Positions 19,539 to 29,056 of a stretch of 64,000 nucleotides of DNA are shown here, piece after piece. How positions within the stretch are numbered: position 1 is the stretch's first letter; every line of letters starts with the position of its first letter. A model generated the notes under the pieces. It saw nothing but the letters and a program-made list of their open reading frames with translations, did no database searches and had not been told where the DNA came from. This DNA is from Thermoproteota archaeon. GTDB lineage: Archaea > Thermoproteota > Thermoprotei_A > Sulfolobales > Ignisphaeraceae. The stretch is taken from positions 64,001 through 128,000 of the forward strand of contig JAUQPB010000002.1 in the NCBI GenBank assembly GCA_030550585.1. The letters are read 5' to 3'. Made by a program: the position numbers and the translations under genes.

Positions 19539-21122
19539 ATGCAAAGAGCTATTGTAAGTGTTGCTATGGAGATTGCATTAGATGGTTCGGCTAACTATGC
19601 TGGTGGTTTGGGTGTTTTGGAAGCCGATAAATTCTATGGGGCTGCAAGACTTGGCTTGCCATATATTTCAATTGCGCCGTTTTATCCTAGTGGCTATGTT
19701 GATTGGGATTCCGTGAATAGAACTAGATTGTTTGTCGAGGTTAGACACAGACATAGTATGTCTTTTTTGTCTAAGTTGAGGTATATCGGCTCTATAGAGG
19801 CTAGAAGAGCTAATGGAAGTATACTGGCTGAGGCAGATCTCTTCGAATATGTCTACGGCTCTGCAAAGGCTATATTGTACAGGGTTAAGAAGCCACTGTC
19901 AGTTGCTAGGCTATTCAGATATCTGTATAGACATCACAGTGATGAATGCACCTACTATATGGTTGCTGCTGCCATCTCTGCCGAGATAATAAAGAAGATG
20001 GCCAAGGGTGTTCAAATACATGTTGTAGATGTTCAGGAAGCGCATTTGGCTTTACTTCCATATCTTTTGCCAAAAGAGGTTAAAACAAGGTTTGTGACCC
20101 ACACCCCAGGTCCATGGGGCCATCCGAAGCTGTGTAAAGAGGCTGAGGAGGTTCTCGGAATATCGCTTCCAAATGTTAAGACAATGACGGAAGCAGCCAT
20201 GGAGATAGCTGAAAAGGTCTTTACAGTTTCTAGAAAGCATTTTGAAGTGACGAAAATGTTCTTTCCGAAGTACGTTAGCAAAATGAGTTATATAACCAAT
20301 GCAATAGATATTGAAAGGTGGCAGAGAGTTGAAAAGAACATAGATTCTGTGGAGAGGCTTGCAAAAACACATGAACAGTTTAAAGAGGAGTTCAAATCCA
20401 TTATAAAGGCTCTTTCAGGTAAGTCGGTTGGGGATAGAATGGTTGTATCGTGGGTTAGAAGGATAACTAAATATAAGAGGCCATATTTCATTGAATGGCT
20501 TATGGAAGAAAATGGCGATCTCAAGGACAGGATATTTGTTGTTGTGTCTGGAAAGCCGCATCCAAGCGATACGTGGGGAAGAGAGATAGCAACAACCTTT
20601 GCAAGATTCGCCAAAGTTGCTAGCAACTTCTTCTACTATCCAAGTTATGGAATAGAATTTGCATACTACGCCTTATCATCATCAGATCTTTTGCTCTTCA
20701 CACCATTTAGTTGTTGGGAAGCAAGTGGTACGAGCATGATGAAAGCAGGGGTCAACGGGGTGCCAACACTATCGTCTAGAGATGGTGCTAGCCTAGAACT
20801 TATAGAGGACAACTTCAATGGCTGGTTCTTTGGAAAGGAACTCCAGAATTTCATAGATATAGACTCTGAAGAGGCTAGAAAAATTGATGAGGATGACTAT
20901 GCAGACTTTGTGAAGAAACTGGAAAACATAGTAAGCATCTATGAAAGTGATAAGGATAGATACTATGAAATAGCTTATAATGCATACAAAACATTTATGC
21001 CAGTCGTAGACATTAAGAGACTTCTAAGACAATACTACAGCGATTTGATAGAGGGCAAAACTGAAGAGGCTGAGAGGAAGATTAGTAGTAGTCACCCGTC
21101 CCTACAACAAAGCACTAATTGA
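19539..21122 (+). CDS. Glycogen/alpha-glucan phosphorylase (GT35), compact form
   Basis: YAGGLGVLEAD, ITNAID, RRITKYKRP, SGKPHP and EASGTSMMKAGVNG (PLP Lys). ATG 19539 preferred over TTG 19452. Confidence 0.88.
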   Translation: MQRAIVSVAMEIALDGSANYAGGLGVLEADKFYGAARLGLPYISIAPFYPSGYVDWDSVNRTRLFVEVRHRHSMSFLSKLRYIGSIEARRANGSILAEADLFEYVYGSAKAILYRVKKPLSVARLFRYLYRHHSDECTYYMVAAAISAEIIKKMAKGVQIHVVDVQEAHLALLPYLLPKEVKTRFVTHTPGPWGHPKLCKEAEEVLGISLPNVKTMTEAAMEIAEKVFTVSRKHFEVTKMFFPKYVSKMSYITNAIDIERWQRVEKNIDSVERLAKTHEQFKEEFKSIIKALSGKSVGDRMVVSWVRRITKYKRPYFIEWLMEENGDLKDRIFVVVSGKPHPSDTWGREIATTFARFAKVASNFFYYPSYGIEFAYYALSSSDLLLFTPFSCWEASGTSMMKAGVNGVPTLSSRDGASLELIEDNFNGWFFGKELQNFIDIDSEEARKIDEDDYADFVKKLENIVSIYESDKDRYYEIAYNAYKTFMPVVDIKRLLRQYYSDLIEGKTEEAERKISSSHPSLQQSTN

Positions 21123-21795
21123 TCATTTTAGTTTTAGCATCAAAATCTTTTCGAATAACGTTATTAAGATGTTCAATAACATACTTAGTTTGGCGAAACA
21201 CTCTCTTTCCATAATCAAAAAACTCTATATTTGCACAATATCCACACTTCTTTAGTGCGTCGTTAAGAATACCCTTGTGATGTTTAGGCAGAAATGCCAG
21301 TATATATTTGTGGTTCTTCAGCTTTTCTAAAACAATGGAAAGAATATTTACAAACTTGTTTCTGTGTTCATGGTCAAGCTCCTTAGGTGGATAATCGTAA
21401 TTAGCGAATGGATAATATATATCAAGCTCTCGAGGAACCAATATCATAGGCTCTGAAAGTATGTAAACTTGAACCATATCTTGAATGCCATATGCACCTA
21501 GATATTTATCTACCATGCGATGAACAGGAGACATCCTATATGGCTTTATACTACTACAAGGCAAGATCAAAGCATAGCTTTTCAATGTATATTTCGAGTT
21601 AAAAACATTGATTAGGAAATTGTGCCAATAAATAACATGTTCATGTTCAAATAAATTGCAGTGCCTATTATTCCTCAGAACTATCTCGCCGGGTTTTATG
21701 TACATCAATTCCTCTATCTCTGACCCAAGTACAGAATGTATATAATCTATAAACAGTTTTTCTATTGATGGATTCAAAAGAAGCACCAAAAACAT
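21115..21795 (-). CDS. DUF5591-domain protein (archaeosine synthase ArcS-related domain)
   Basis: LPCSSIKPYRMSPVH, LSEP, VPREL and YPFANYDYP. Confidence 0.75.
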   Translation of the reverse strand: MFLVLLLNPSIEKLFIDYIHSVLGSEIEELMYIKPGEIVLRNNRHCNLFEHEHVIYWHNFLINVFNSKYTLKSYALILPCSSIKPYRMSPVHRMVDKYLGAYGIQDMVQVYILSEPMILVPRELDIYYPFANYDYPPKELDHEHRNKFVNILSIVLEKLKNHKYILAFLPKHHKGILNDALKKCGYCANIEFFDYGKRVFRQTKYVIEHLNNVIRKDFDAKTKMIN

Positions 21796-21999
21796 GGTTA
21801 TGCATTGTTGTTACCTTATAAATTGAGGGACTCATAACTAAAACCGCTTTAATAAACTAATTTAATAAACTAAATCGCCATAACGATGGTAATTCATGAA
21901 CAACACCTTCAACTCATATCAACATCCTATATATTATGAACATAGTTTGCGTCATATGATAAAAGCATTGCCTCTGAATGGCTGTGGGGATCAGCGATT

Positions 22000-22383
22000 T
22001 TGGAATACAGTTTTCTTTGGGTAGAGGGCTCAGAAATGTATTATTCCGTAAAGTTTATAACCCTCTTTAGAGGTGTAGAGACTTCGAGGTGTAGGGTTGT
22101 GGTTAGGGTTGACAAGGTAATCCATGTCAAAGATGAGACAGCATTTTTGAGCAAAGGGATAAAGGCGCTTAGATACTCAACTGTTGCAAAGCTGCTCAGA
22201 GTTTTCAAGAATCCCCAGCTCGGTGCAGAGTTGTCAGAGGTTCTGGATAAGGGGCCTGTATACATAGTCAAGTTCAAGAACTATACAGTTGTTGTCTTGC
22301 CTGATAGAACGCATGTTGTAGAAGCTAAGTCAAAAGAAGAGGCAGAAAGTGTTGTGGAGGAGCTTGCAAGGGCTGTAGCATAA
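22000..22383 (+). CDS. Hypothetical protein
   Basis: Coding-like ORF; start uncertain (ATG 22036 possible). Confidence 0.55.
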   Translation: MEYSFLWVEGSEMYYSVKFITLFRGVETSRCRVVVRVDKVIHVKDETAFLSKGIKALRYSTVAKLLRVFKNPQLGAELSEVLDKGPVYIVKFKNYTVVVLPDRTHVVEAKSKEEAESVVEELARAVA

Positions 22384-22431
22384 AGGTGAAGAATTCAATT
22401 AAATATGTGAACTAATACTTTTTTTAATAAA

Positions 22432-23415
22432 CTAGGTCTTGAAGCATTCTAAGACCTTTTTCTTTAATTTTAATGCGTTTCTCTCTGGTACAGAATCGAA
22501 GGTAAAGTTTCCACCTCCGGTTTCCATTCCTGCTGCATACTTCAGCTTGTTTTCGTCGCGTAGCATCCCATATATCTCAATGTGTAAATGATAAAAGCTA
22601 TATTCTCCTTTTAGGGGGCTTTGATGAACTGTCATAATATATGGTGTTGGTTTAGAGAAGAGCTTCTTCAAGCCGCATAAGCTGTACTTTAGGATATTTG
22701 CAAGGTCTGCTATTTCATTTTGTGATAGTTGTGTTAGTAGCTGTAGATGTTTTCTTGGGTATATGTGTATTTCGAATGGCCAATGTGAGTAGAATGGCAT
22801 GAATGCAACCCAACTGGAGTTTTCCAAGATAATCCTTATATTGTCTTCCAGCTCTGTCCTTAGTATATCGCAGAACAAGCACCTTTTGTTTTCCTCCCAG
22901 TATTTCCTAGCATTTTCTATTTCTCTGAGCACTCTCATGGGTATGAATGGCGTCACATATATTTGGCTATGTGGATGTGTTAGTGATACTCCTATTTCTC
23001 TACCTTTGTTTCTGAACCATAGAAAATATTCTGCATAATCTTTTTTCATCTCCTCTTTTTGTTTCTCGATGACAAGTTTGACCACATATTCTATTTGCTC
23101 CTCAGGCAAATCACTTAAATCATCTAGGTCATGTTGCGGCGTTTCTACAACAACATAGCATTTTCCGCTTGCTTTAGCCGTTTTATAGAATCGATGTTCT
23201 GTAGGATTTGGGGGATTTTCAATCAACATAGGAAATCTATTTTCTAATATAAGAGCCTTCCAGTCATACCCTGTCTCAGAGGTTCCTGGACAAAAAGGAC
23301 AGAAAGATGTTGGTTGCCATGGTCTTGCACTTCTAATATTTGAAACCATTACCCACTCTCCTAATGTGGGATCCCATCTAAGTTCCATGACAAGCTCCTC
23401 TTCATTGCCAGGCAT
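22432..23415 (-). CDS. galT: Galactose-1-phosphate uridylyltransferase
   Basis: ELRWDP, RPWQP, CPFCPG and GVSLTHPHSQI (HPH). Confidence 0.95.
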   Translation of the reverse strand: MPGNEEELVMELRWDPTLGEWVMVSNIRSARPWQPTSFCPFCPGTSETGYDWKALILENRFPMLIENPPNPTEHRFYKTAKASGKCYVVVETPQHDLDDLSDLPEEQIEYVVKLVIEKQKEEMKKDYAEYFLWFRNKGREIGVSLTHPHSQIYVTPFIPMRVLREIENARKYWEENKRCLFCDILRTELEDNIRIILENSSWVAFMPFYSHWPFEIHIYPRKHLQLLTQLSQNEIADLANILKYSLCGLKKLFSKPTPYIMTVHQSPLKGEYSFYHLHIEIYGMLRDENKLKYAAGMETGGGNFTFDSVPERNALKLKKKVLECFKT

Positions 23416-23422
23416 GGAGACC

Positions 23423-24706
23423 TCACTTGTGGCGTGTGATTCCTTTATCTACCTTCACAATCCAGCCTCTAGTTCCAATGCCTTTAGAAAGCATTGTACT
23501 AAGTGCTTTATGAGCCGTTTCAACGTCTTTAAATAATGCTATTACACAACCTCCGAGGCCAGCGCCAGAGAGTTTTGCACCCAAAGCGCCATTGTCTATG
23601 AACTCTTCAACTATTTTATCAATTTCGGGTAAGCTTACATCGTATAGACTACTAAGTAAGTTATGCTGGTAGGTCATTATATTACCTATTATATCTATCT
23701 TACCTTTTCCAACAATCTCTTTAGCTCTTTCATGATCTATTTCAAGTGTTTTTGCAACTTCTGTATAGGAGGGTTTATATCCTCTAAGAACCTTTATTGC
23801 TAACATAGTTGAATTATGTGCTTTAATCGTATACAGTATTCTGTTCTTAGCCTTCTCATCTAATTCATGCAAATAAGGCTGAAGTTGTTCAATAGTTAAA
23901 GAGCTCCATTTGGGCTCCCAATACCTATACCCAAGCAATCTTCTTAAATCGGCTGGTGCTATAGACATAAGCTTTTCTAAACCTATCTCTATCTCTTTTT
24001 GTCTTTTGGGATGTATATCAGCTGTACTGTGTCTAATGCCACTATCGATTACAGCAAAGATCCCTTCATTAAATGATATCGATTCCACATTATATGGCGG
24101 TACAGTCTCAATTATTGATACATTGCCGAATGCAGCAGCATATTGATCAAGTCTTCCACATGGGATGCCTAGAACATCGTGTTCTGCAACATACGCAAGT
24201 TCAGCAACATCCTTTACAGCAAGACCTAAATTGAATAGTTCATTTAAAAATCCTATGAATGCCACAAGCAAGGTTCCACTACTTCCTAATCCAGAAGCAA
24301 TTGGCACCCAGCTTCTAATCCAAGCCTTAGCACCACCAACTTTATAGCCTTTTTGCAAAAGAGCTATAAGAGCTGCTCTCAAGTAGTTTCCAAACCATTT
24401 CTGCTTTGGCAGTATTTCAAGACTTGTAAGCTCTATTTTATCAAAGTGTTCTCCGCCCTCATCAAGCAAATTACCTGAATAAACCTCAACGGACTTCTCA
24501 TCAGTTCTTCTCCCTGCAATATATGTTCGTAGATTTATCCCTACAGAAACCACGGGCAAACCTTTATAATCTTGGTGTGTATTTAGAAAATCTAAACGAC
24601 CAGGGGCAGACACTACAACTTCGGGTTCTAAACCAAATGTCTTCTTAAACTCACTAGCAACAATATTAACATTCATATCAGCTTCATTTAAAACATGTGA
24701 ATGCAT
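23423..24706 (-). CDS. galK: Galactokinase (GHMP)
   Basis: APGRLDFLNTHQDY, PIASGLGSSG, CGRLDQ and GAKLSGAGLGG; adjacent to galT. Confidence 0.9.
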   Translation of the reverse strand: MHSHVLNEADMNVNIVASEFKKTFGLEPEVVVSAPGRLDFLNTHQDYKGLPVVSVGINLRTYIAGRRTDEKSVEVYSGNLLDEGGEHFDKIELTSLEILPKQKWFGNYLRAALIALLQKGYKVGGAKAWIRSWVPIASGLGSSGTLLVAFIGFLNELFNLGLAVKDVAELAYVAEHDVLGIPCGRLDQYAAAFGNVSIIETVPPYNVESISFNEGIFAVIDSGIRHSTADIHPKRQKEIEIGLEKLMSIAPADLRRLLGYRYWEPKWSSLTIEQLQPYLHELDEKAKNRILYTIKAHNSTMLAIKVLRGYKPSYTEVAKTLEIDHERAKEIVGKGKIDIIGNIMTYQHNLLSSLYDVSLPEIDKIVEEFIDNGALGAKLSGAGLGGCVIALFKDVETAHKALSTMLSKGIGTRGWIVKVDKGITRHK

Positions 24707-24814
24707 CTCTAATCATCTGCATTTAAACTATTTTAGGGGCTTTTAATCATTAATTCAAAAACAACGTATTTAAGCATCTATAAAATAATAGTCGATGAAC
24801 ATTTGAGATGTTGG

Positions 24815-24884
24815 ATGATGAAACTGGGCCGGCGTTAATGCAGAATGTAGAAGGATGAAGAGGATTTGTTCCTGCCCCCGCTGA
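24815..24884 (+). ncRNA. Candidate box C/D sRNA (long)
   Basis: C ATGATGA (24815), C' ATGAAGA (24855) and D CTGA (24881). GC-rich guides in an AT-rich intergenic region; D' weak. Confidence 0.55.
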
Positions 24885-24898
24885 TAAATTTCTAGGCA

Positions 24899-25780
24899 TT
24901 ATAGAACATTCTTAGTCTTCGACTTTACAACAACATCTACGGTTACATGGTATTTCCTAGGCGCAACACCCCTGATAACATGTCCTCCAAGAGGCTCTAC
25001 AACAGCGCCAAGGGATTGTGCATAGGTGGAGACAGTTTCGTAAGCTTTATGCAAGGCCTCACGTTTATTTGGGGCCTCTACAAACAGATGTGGATGTAGG
25101 TAACCACCAATTTTTACAGCATCCAACGCAACTTTGAATGCATCTTTAAATGCGTCTGGATAGGGCAATAAGATTCTATCAAATTTCTCGTTTAACGAAG
25201 ATGTAATCGTTAGTGCATCGCCGTGAATAATATCATTATATGCTTCAACTCTGTTTATTTCAATATTTATCCTGGCATAGTGTACAGCAAATTCGTTGAG
25301 ATCTATTGAGACAACGTAAACTGGTTTAGCATATTTAGATACTATTATGCTATAGGGTCCAAATCCTGCGAACATATTCAAAATTTTCTCGCCATTTCTT
25401 GCAATTCTTGCAATTCTGATATGGTCAAAACCTAGAACTGGTGATATATACACCTTAGTGAAGTCTACTTTAAACATACATCCATGCTCCCTATATATGG
25501 TTTCGCTTTTTCTCTCTCCAGCAAGATGGATGTACTCCCTAACTCTTTCAAAGCCTTGTACAGGTGATGCGGCAAGCCAAACACTCTTCACATAGGGAAT
25601 TTCACGCAGTATTTCCTCGCCTATCGACTTGTATACCTCTGTTGGAACATCGAAAGACTTTCTGATAATTGCGACATCCCCTATTATTTCAATTCTTTTC
25701 CAAATTACCTTTGCAAAATCAGGCCCAACAACCCTTTCTGCAATTCTTTTTAAAAGAGGAGTTCTAGACGAAGCTGACAT
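24899..25780 (-). CDS. Trm5/Taw2 (Met-10+) family tRNA-modifying SAM transferase
   Basis: IIGDVAI, TIYREHGCMFKVD, NMFAGFGPYS and SIDLN. Confidence 0.88.
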   Translation of the reverse strand: MSASSRTPLLKRIAERVVGPDFAKVIWKRIEIIGDVAIIRKSFDVPTEVYKSIGEEILREIPYVKSVWLAASPVQGFERVREYIHLAGERKSETIYREHGCMFKVDFTKVYISPVLGFDHIRIARIARNGEKILNMFAGFGPYSIIVSKYAKPVYVVSIDLNEFAVHYARINIEINRVEAYNDIIHGDALTITSSLNEKFDRILLPYPDAFKDAFKVALDAVKIGGYLHPHLFVEAPNKREALHKAYETVSTYAQSLGAVVEPLGGHVIRGVAPRKYHVTVDVVVKSKTKNVL

Positions 25781-25841
25781 CTAATGTTGCACCACGCTTT
25801 GTTTAAAACCATTATGACTAGTTAATAGAATTCGTAAAAGC

Positions 25842-25896
25842 TCAGCATTTCCGGCTTTCTTCATCGAGAACACTCAAAAGACCCTCTGATCATCAT
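25842..25896 (-). ncRNA. Box C/D sRNA
   Basis: ATGATGA-tcagagggtctt-TTGA-gtgttctcg-ATGAAGA-aagccggaaatg-CTGA: canonical 55-nt layout with two 12-nt guides. Confidence 0.85.
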
Positions 25897-25909
25897 TACC
25901 TTATTTTGT

Positions 25910-25985
25910 TGGTAGCCGGGCGGGGATTCGAACCCCGGTCACGGGGGCCAAAGCCCCGCATCCTTGGCCGCTAGACGACCCGGCT
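25910..25985 (-). tRNA. tRNA-Gln(TTG)
   Basis: AGCCGGG...CGGGG-CTTTGGC-CCCCG...GGTTCGAATCC...CCCGGCTACCA. Confidence 0.96.
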
Positions 25986-26102
25986 ACTCGACACATTTTG
26001 ATATATTGATATGGGGTTATAAAGTTTTTGTTACGTGATTCTAGTTTGATTAACTTTAGATGCAAGTTCGCTTAATTAAATTGCTTCCTTTTAGGGGTCT
26101 GT

Positions 26103-27551
26103 GTGAGTCTTTTGAGGAAGATTCATGATGTATTTGGTTGGAATAAATCGGTTAGCCCTATCAGAAAAAATCTTAGATATCTGAAAAGTGATAAGGCTGA
26201 TGAGCTTTGTTTAGAAGTTTTAAAGAAATACAATGTTGGCATGGCTGAAGTTACAATATGTATTGATAAATTTGGTGTTGCAAGATATCTTATAAACGAG
26301 CCTTTTGTTGATGAGACTCTTTTCAATGCTTACAACCAAATTATGGAGCATCTATACTCATCGTACTTCAATTTAGAATCGTTGGAGGACGTTAGAAAGG
26401 CTGTTAATAGAGTTGCTTCTCAGATCGGCCTTAACGATGTTGTTCAAAAATACTATGATGTATTGATGTATTATATAATCAGGGACAGTAGGGGATATGG
26501 CATATTAGATGTTGTGCTAAAAGATGATAATATTGAGGATGTGGAGCTATCTGATTGGAGAAAACCTATAACTGTTGTACATAGGGACTTTCTATCATAT
26601 GAAGCATTGGTGACAAACATACAGTTTCAAAGCGAGGAAGAAGCTAAAAGCTATATAGATAAGCTTGCCATGAAATGTGGTAAAGCAATATCTTATGCAA
26701 AGCCAGAGTTGCATGGAACACTTCCAGAGGGTTTTAGAATTGCTGCAACTATAGGTGATCCTGTTAGCTCCAGTCCAACGTTTAGCATTAGAAAGTTGCC
26801 TGGGGTTCCAATAGATATCGTGAAATTGGTTAAACAAAACGTTCTAAACTATAATATAGCATCATTAATATGGCTAATTAATGATGCTAAGCTTTTCTAT
26901 GTTATTGCTGGTGGAAGTGGCAGTGGAAAAACAACATTGCTGAATGCCTTTTTGCAGTTATCGAATCCAAATTGGAAAATAGTGGTGGTGCAAGATGTTC
27001 CAGAAATTAAACTTCCTCTAAGACCTAGATTTATGCAGTTCTATGGTGAGGACTCAGATGAGCTGTTACAAAGATGTTTTACAGCTCTTCGTTATAGACC
27101 TGATATTTTGGTTGTGGGAGAGGTTAGAGGTCGTGAAATAACCGCCCTTGTAAGAGCCATCGCCTCAGGATCAGGTTCTGCTACAACCTTTCACGCATCT
27201 ACTCCAGATGAATATGAATTAGCGATAAGAGGTCTTCTGCCACGAGATCTATACACCATGTTATCATTAAACACGGCCCTAATGGTCTTCATTTCAAGAG
27301 TTCGTAAAGGGTATAATGTTGAGAGAAAGGTTTGGAAAATATATGAGAGAGTTGGCGATGAATGGAGAGAAATATATGACATGGATAAAGGTGACTCTAT
27401 TTTGAAAAGCTATATTATTAAAAGACTTGCCAAACGACTTGCTAGAGATGATATAGAAGCCGAATATGATTATAGAATAAAGGTTTTAGAAAATGCGGGT
27501 GATGGTTATGAATCGATTGAGAGAATACTCAAGAGATACTATGGTCTTTAA
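26103..27551 (+). CDS. Type II/IV secretion (TadA/FlaI-like) ATPase
   Basis: GYGILD..LKDDNIED, FSIRK, GGSGSGKTT, ALRYRPD..VGEVRG and TTFHA. Confidence 0.92.
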   Translation: MSLLRKIHDVFGWNKSVSPIRKNLRYLKSDKADELCLEVLKKYNVGMAEVTICIDKFGVARYLINEPFVDETLFNAYNQIMEHLYSSYFNLESLEDVRKAVNRVASQIGLNDVVQKYYDVLMYYIIRDSRGYGILDVVLKDDNIEDVELSDWRKPITVVHRDFLSYEALVTNIQFQSEEEAKSYIDKLAMKCGKAISYAKPELHGTLPEGFRIAATIGDPVSSSPTFSIRKLPGVPIDIVKLVKQNVLNYNIASLIWLINDAKLFYVIAGGSGSGKTTLLNAFLQLSNPNWKIVVVQDVPEIKLPLRPRFMQFYGEDSDELLQRCFTALRYRPDILVVGEVRGREITALVRAIASGSGSATTFHASTPDEYELAIRGLLPRDLYTMLSLNTALMVFISRVRKGYNVERKVWKIYERVGDEWREIYDMDKGDSILKSYIIKRLAKRLARDDIEAEYDYRIKVLENAGDGYESIERILKRYYGL

Positions 27552-27552
27552 A

Positions 27553-28278
27553 CTAGTGGGCTCCCTTCTTCCTACCTGTTCTCCTAGCTGCGATATGTCC
27601 AACCTTTCTTCCTGGTGGAGTCCTTCTCGATACTGTAGTAGGCTTTGACTCACTCTGGTGCGAGCCACCGCCATGTGGATGGTCAACAGCATTCATGGCA
27701 ACACCTCTTACGCGAGGCCACTTTCTTGCCTTCACCTTCCACTTATAGTAAGAGTTGCCAGCTTTCAATAGAGGCTTCTCTAACCTGCCACCACCAGCCA
27801 CAACGCCTATTGTTGCTCTTGCATCAAGTAGAACCGATTTCTGCTTTCCGCTTGGCAAGGTAATTATTGCATGTGTCGATGTTTTGCCTGTCAATATTGC
27901 ATATGAGCCACCACTTCTCACAAGTTTGCCCCCATCAAATGGTCTCAACTCTATATTGCATATCCTTGCACCCTCTGGTATGTTTCTCAGTGGAAGTATA
28001 TTGCCGTTAGATGGACTTGCATTGGGCCCTATCTCAATTATTTGCCCAACTCTCAAACCTTCTACAGCAACATTATAGAACTCTTCACCGTTTTCAAGCT
28101 TTATCAATGCTATGGGAGCACTTCTACCAGGCTCATGCAAAATATCAACAACAATGCCTTTTAGTGTACTTGTTGGGGGAATATACGGATATTTAACTGG
28201 TGCTATTCTTAAGTGTTTTGGGCTTCTGAATGTCGGTGTTCCTCTACCCATTCTTTGAACTAATATTCTCTTACCCAT
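27553..28278 (-). CDS. rpl2: 50S ribosomal protein L2
   Basis: MGKRILVQRMGRG, WPRVRGVAMNAVDHPHGGG. Confidence 0.97.
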   Translation of the reverse strand: MGKRILVQRMGRGTPTFRSPKHLRIAPVKYPYIPPTSTLKGIVVDILHEPGRSAPIALIKLENGEEFYNVAVEGLRVGQIIEIGPNASPSNGNILPLRNIPEGARICNIELRPFDGGKLVRSGGSYAILTGKTSTHAIITLPSGKQKSVLLDARATIGVVAGGGRLEKPLLKAGNSYYKWKVKARKWPRVRGVAMNAVDHPHGGGSHQSESKPTTVSRRTPPGRKVGHIAARRTGRKKGAH

Positions 28279-28305
28279 TATCTTACACCTACAATACATC
28301 ATTAT

Positions 28306-28743
28306 TTACTTAAGTGCAACAAATAGTGTGCTTCTTGTTGCCTTTAAGCCAGGCTCACCGTGTTTTACCTGCTTTGTTGTCGGCGCAAATTCTCCTAGGT
28401 AATGCCCTATCATTTCAGGGGTTATTTTGACGGGAACAAACTCCTTGCCATTGTGAACAGCAATTGTCAGTCCAACCATGATGGGTAAAATTATCATGTC
28501 CCTCACATGAGTTTTGATAACAGTTTCCTTACATTCACTAACAAGTTTTTGTCTAGCTTCAATAATTTTTTCGAGAAGTCTTCTATGTCTAGGTGAAAAA
28601 CCTCGTGATAAACTTCTCCGAGCTCTGGCATTCAATATCTTCACAAGATCATCCATAGGCATGTCTATCAACTCCTCTAAACTTCTTCCTCTATACTTAA
28701 ATTTTTTCCATTCTACTGGTAACTCCCAGCACTGCTTACTCAT
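28306..28743 (-). CDS. rps19: 30S ribosomal protein S19
   Basis: [26 protein letters not shown]. Confidence 0.97.
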   Translation of the reverse strand: MSKQCWELPVEWKKFKYRGRSLEELIDMPMDDLVKILNARARRSLSRGFSPRHRRLLEKIIEARQKLVSECKETVIKTHVRDMIILPIMVGLTIAVHNGKEFVPVKITPEMIGHYLGEFAPTTKQVKHGEPGLKATRSTLFVALK

Positions 28744-28922
28744 AGCATTTTAGCACCTAGCACTGCAAACTATGATTTAATAACACACAGTTTATAAGTA
28801 GATATCAGGCCATTTTATGATTGCGTTTTGTTTTTATAAAAACTTATTAACACGGATCCTAGAAAATATTTTCCTTGCAATGATTAGTTAGGTTATTAGA
28901 TCTAGCAGCGAGGTTTGTGGAA

Positions 28923-29024
28923 ATGGGCGGTAAGCAAAAGACAACGCTATTCATAGTTAAATCCAGCAGTTCGCAACAGGAGGAGAGGGGTAAAAAGCCT
29001 AAGAAGGAGAAAGAAAAGATGTAA
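28923..29024 (+). CDS. Unannotated 33-aa basic small ORF upstream of rpl3
   Basis: MGGKQKTTLFIVKSSSSQQEERGKKPKKEKEKM*, with GAGGT SD-like sequence upstream. Confidence 0.4.
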   Translation: MGGKQKTTLFIVKSSSSQQEERGKKPKKEKEKM

Positions 29025-29056
29025 GGGTAGTTATGTCTTCGCGGAGGTGAGAACGG

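Noticed and set aside
21950-22010. Possible C/D sRNA (ATGATAA...CTGA)
   Set aside because: Degenerate C box with no convincing C' or terminal D box.
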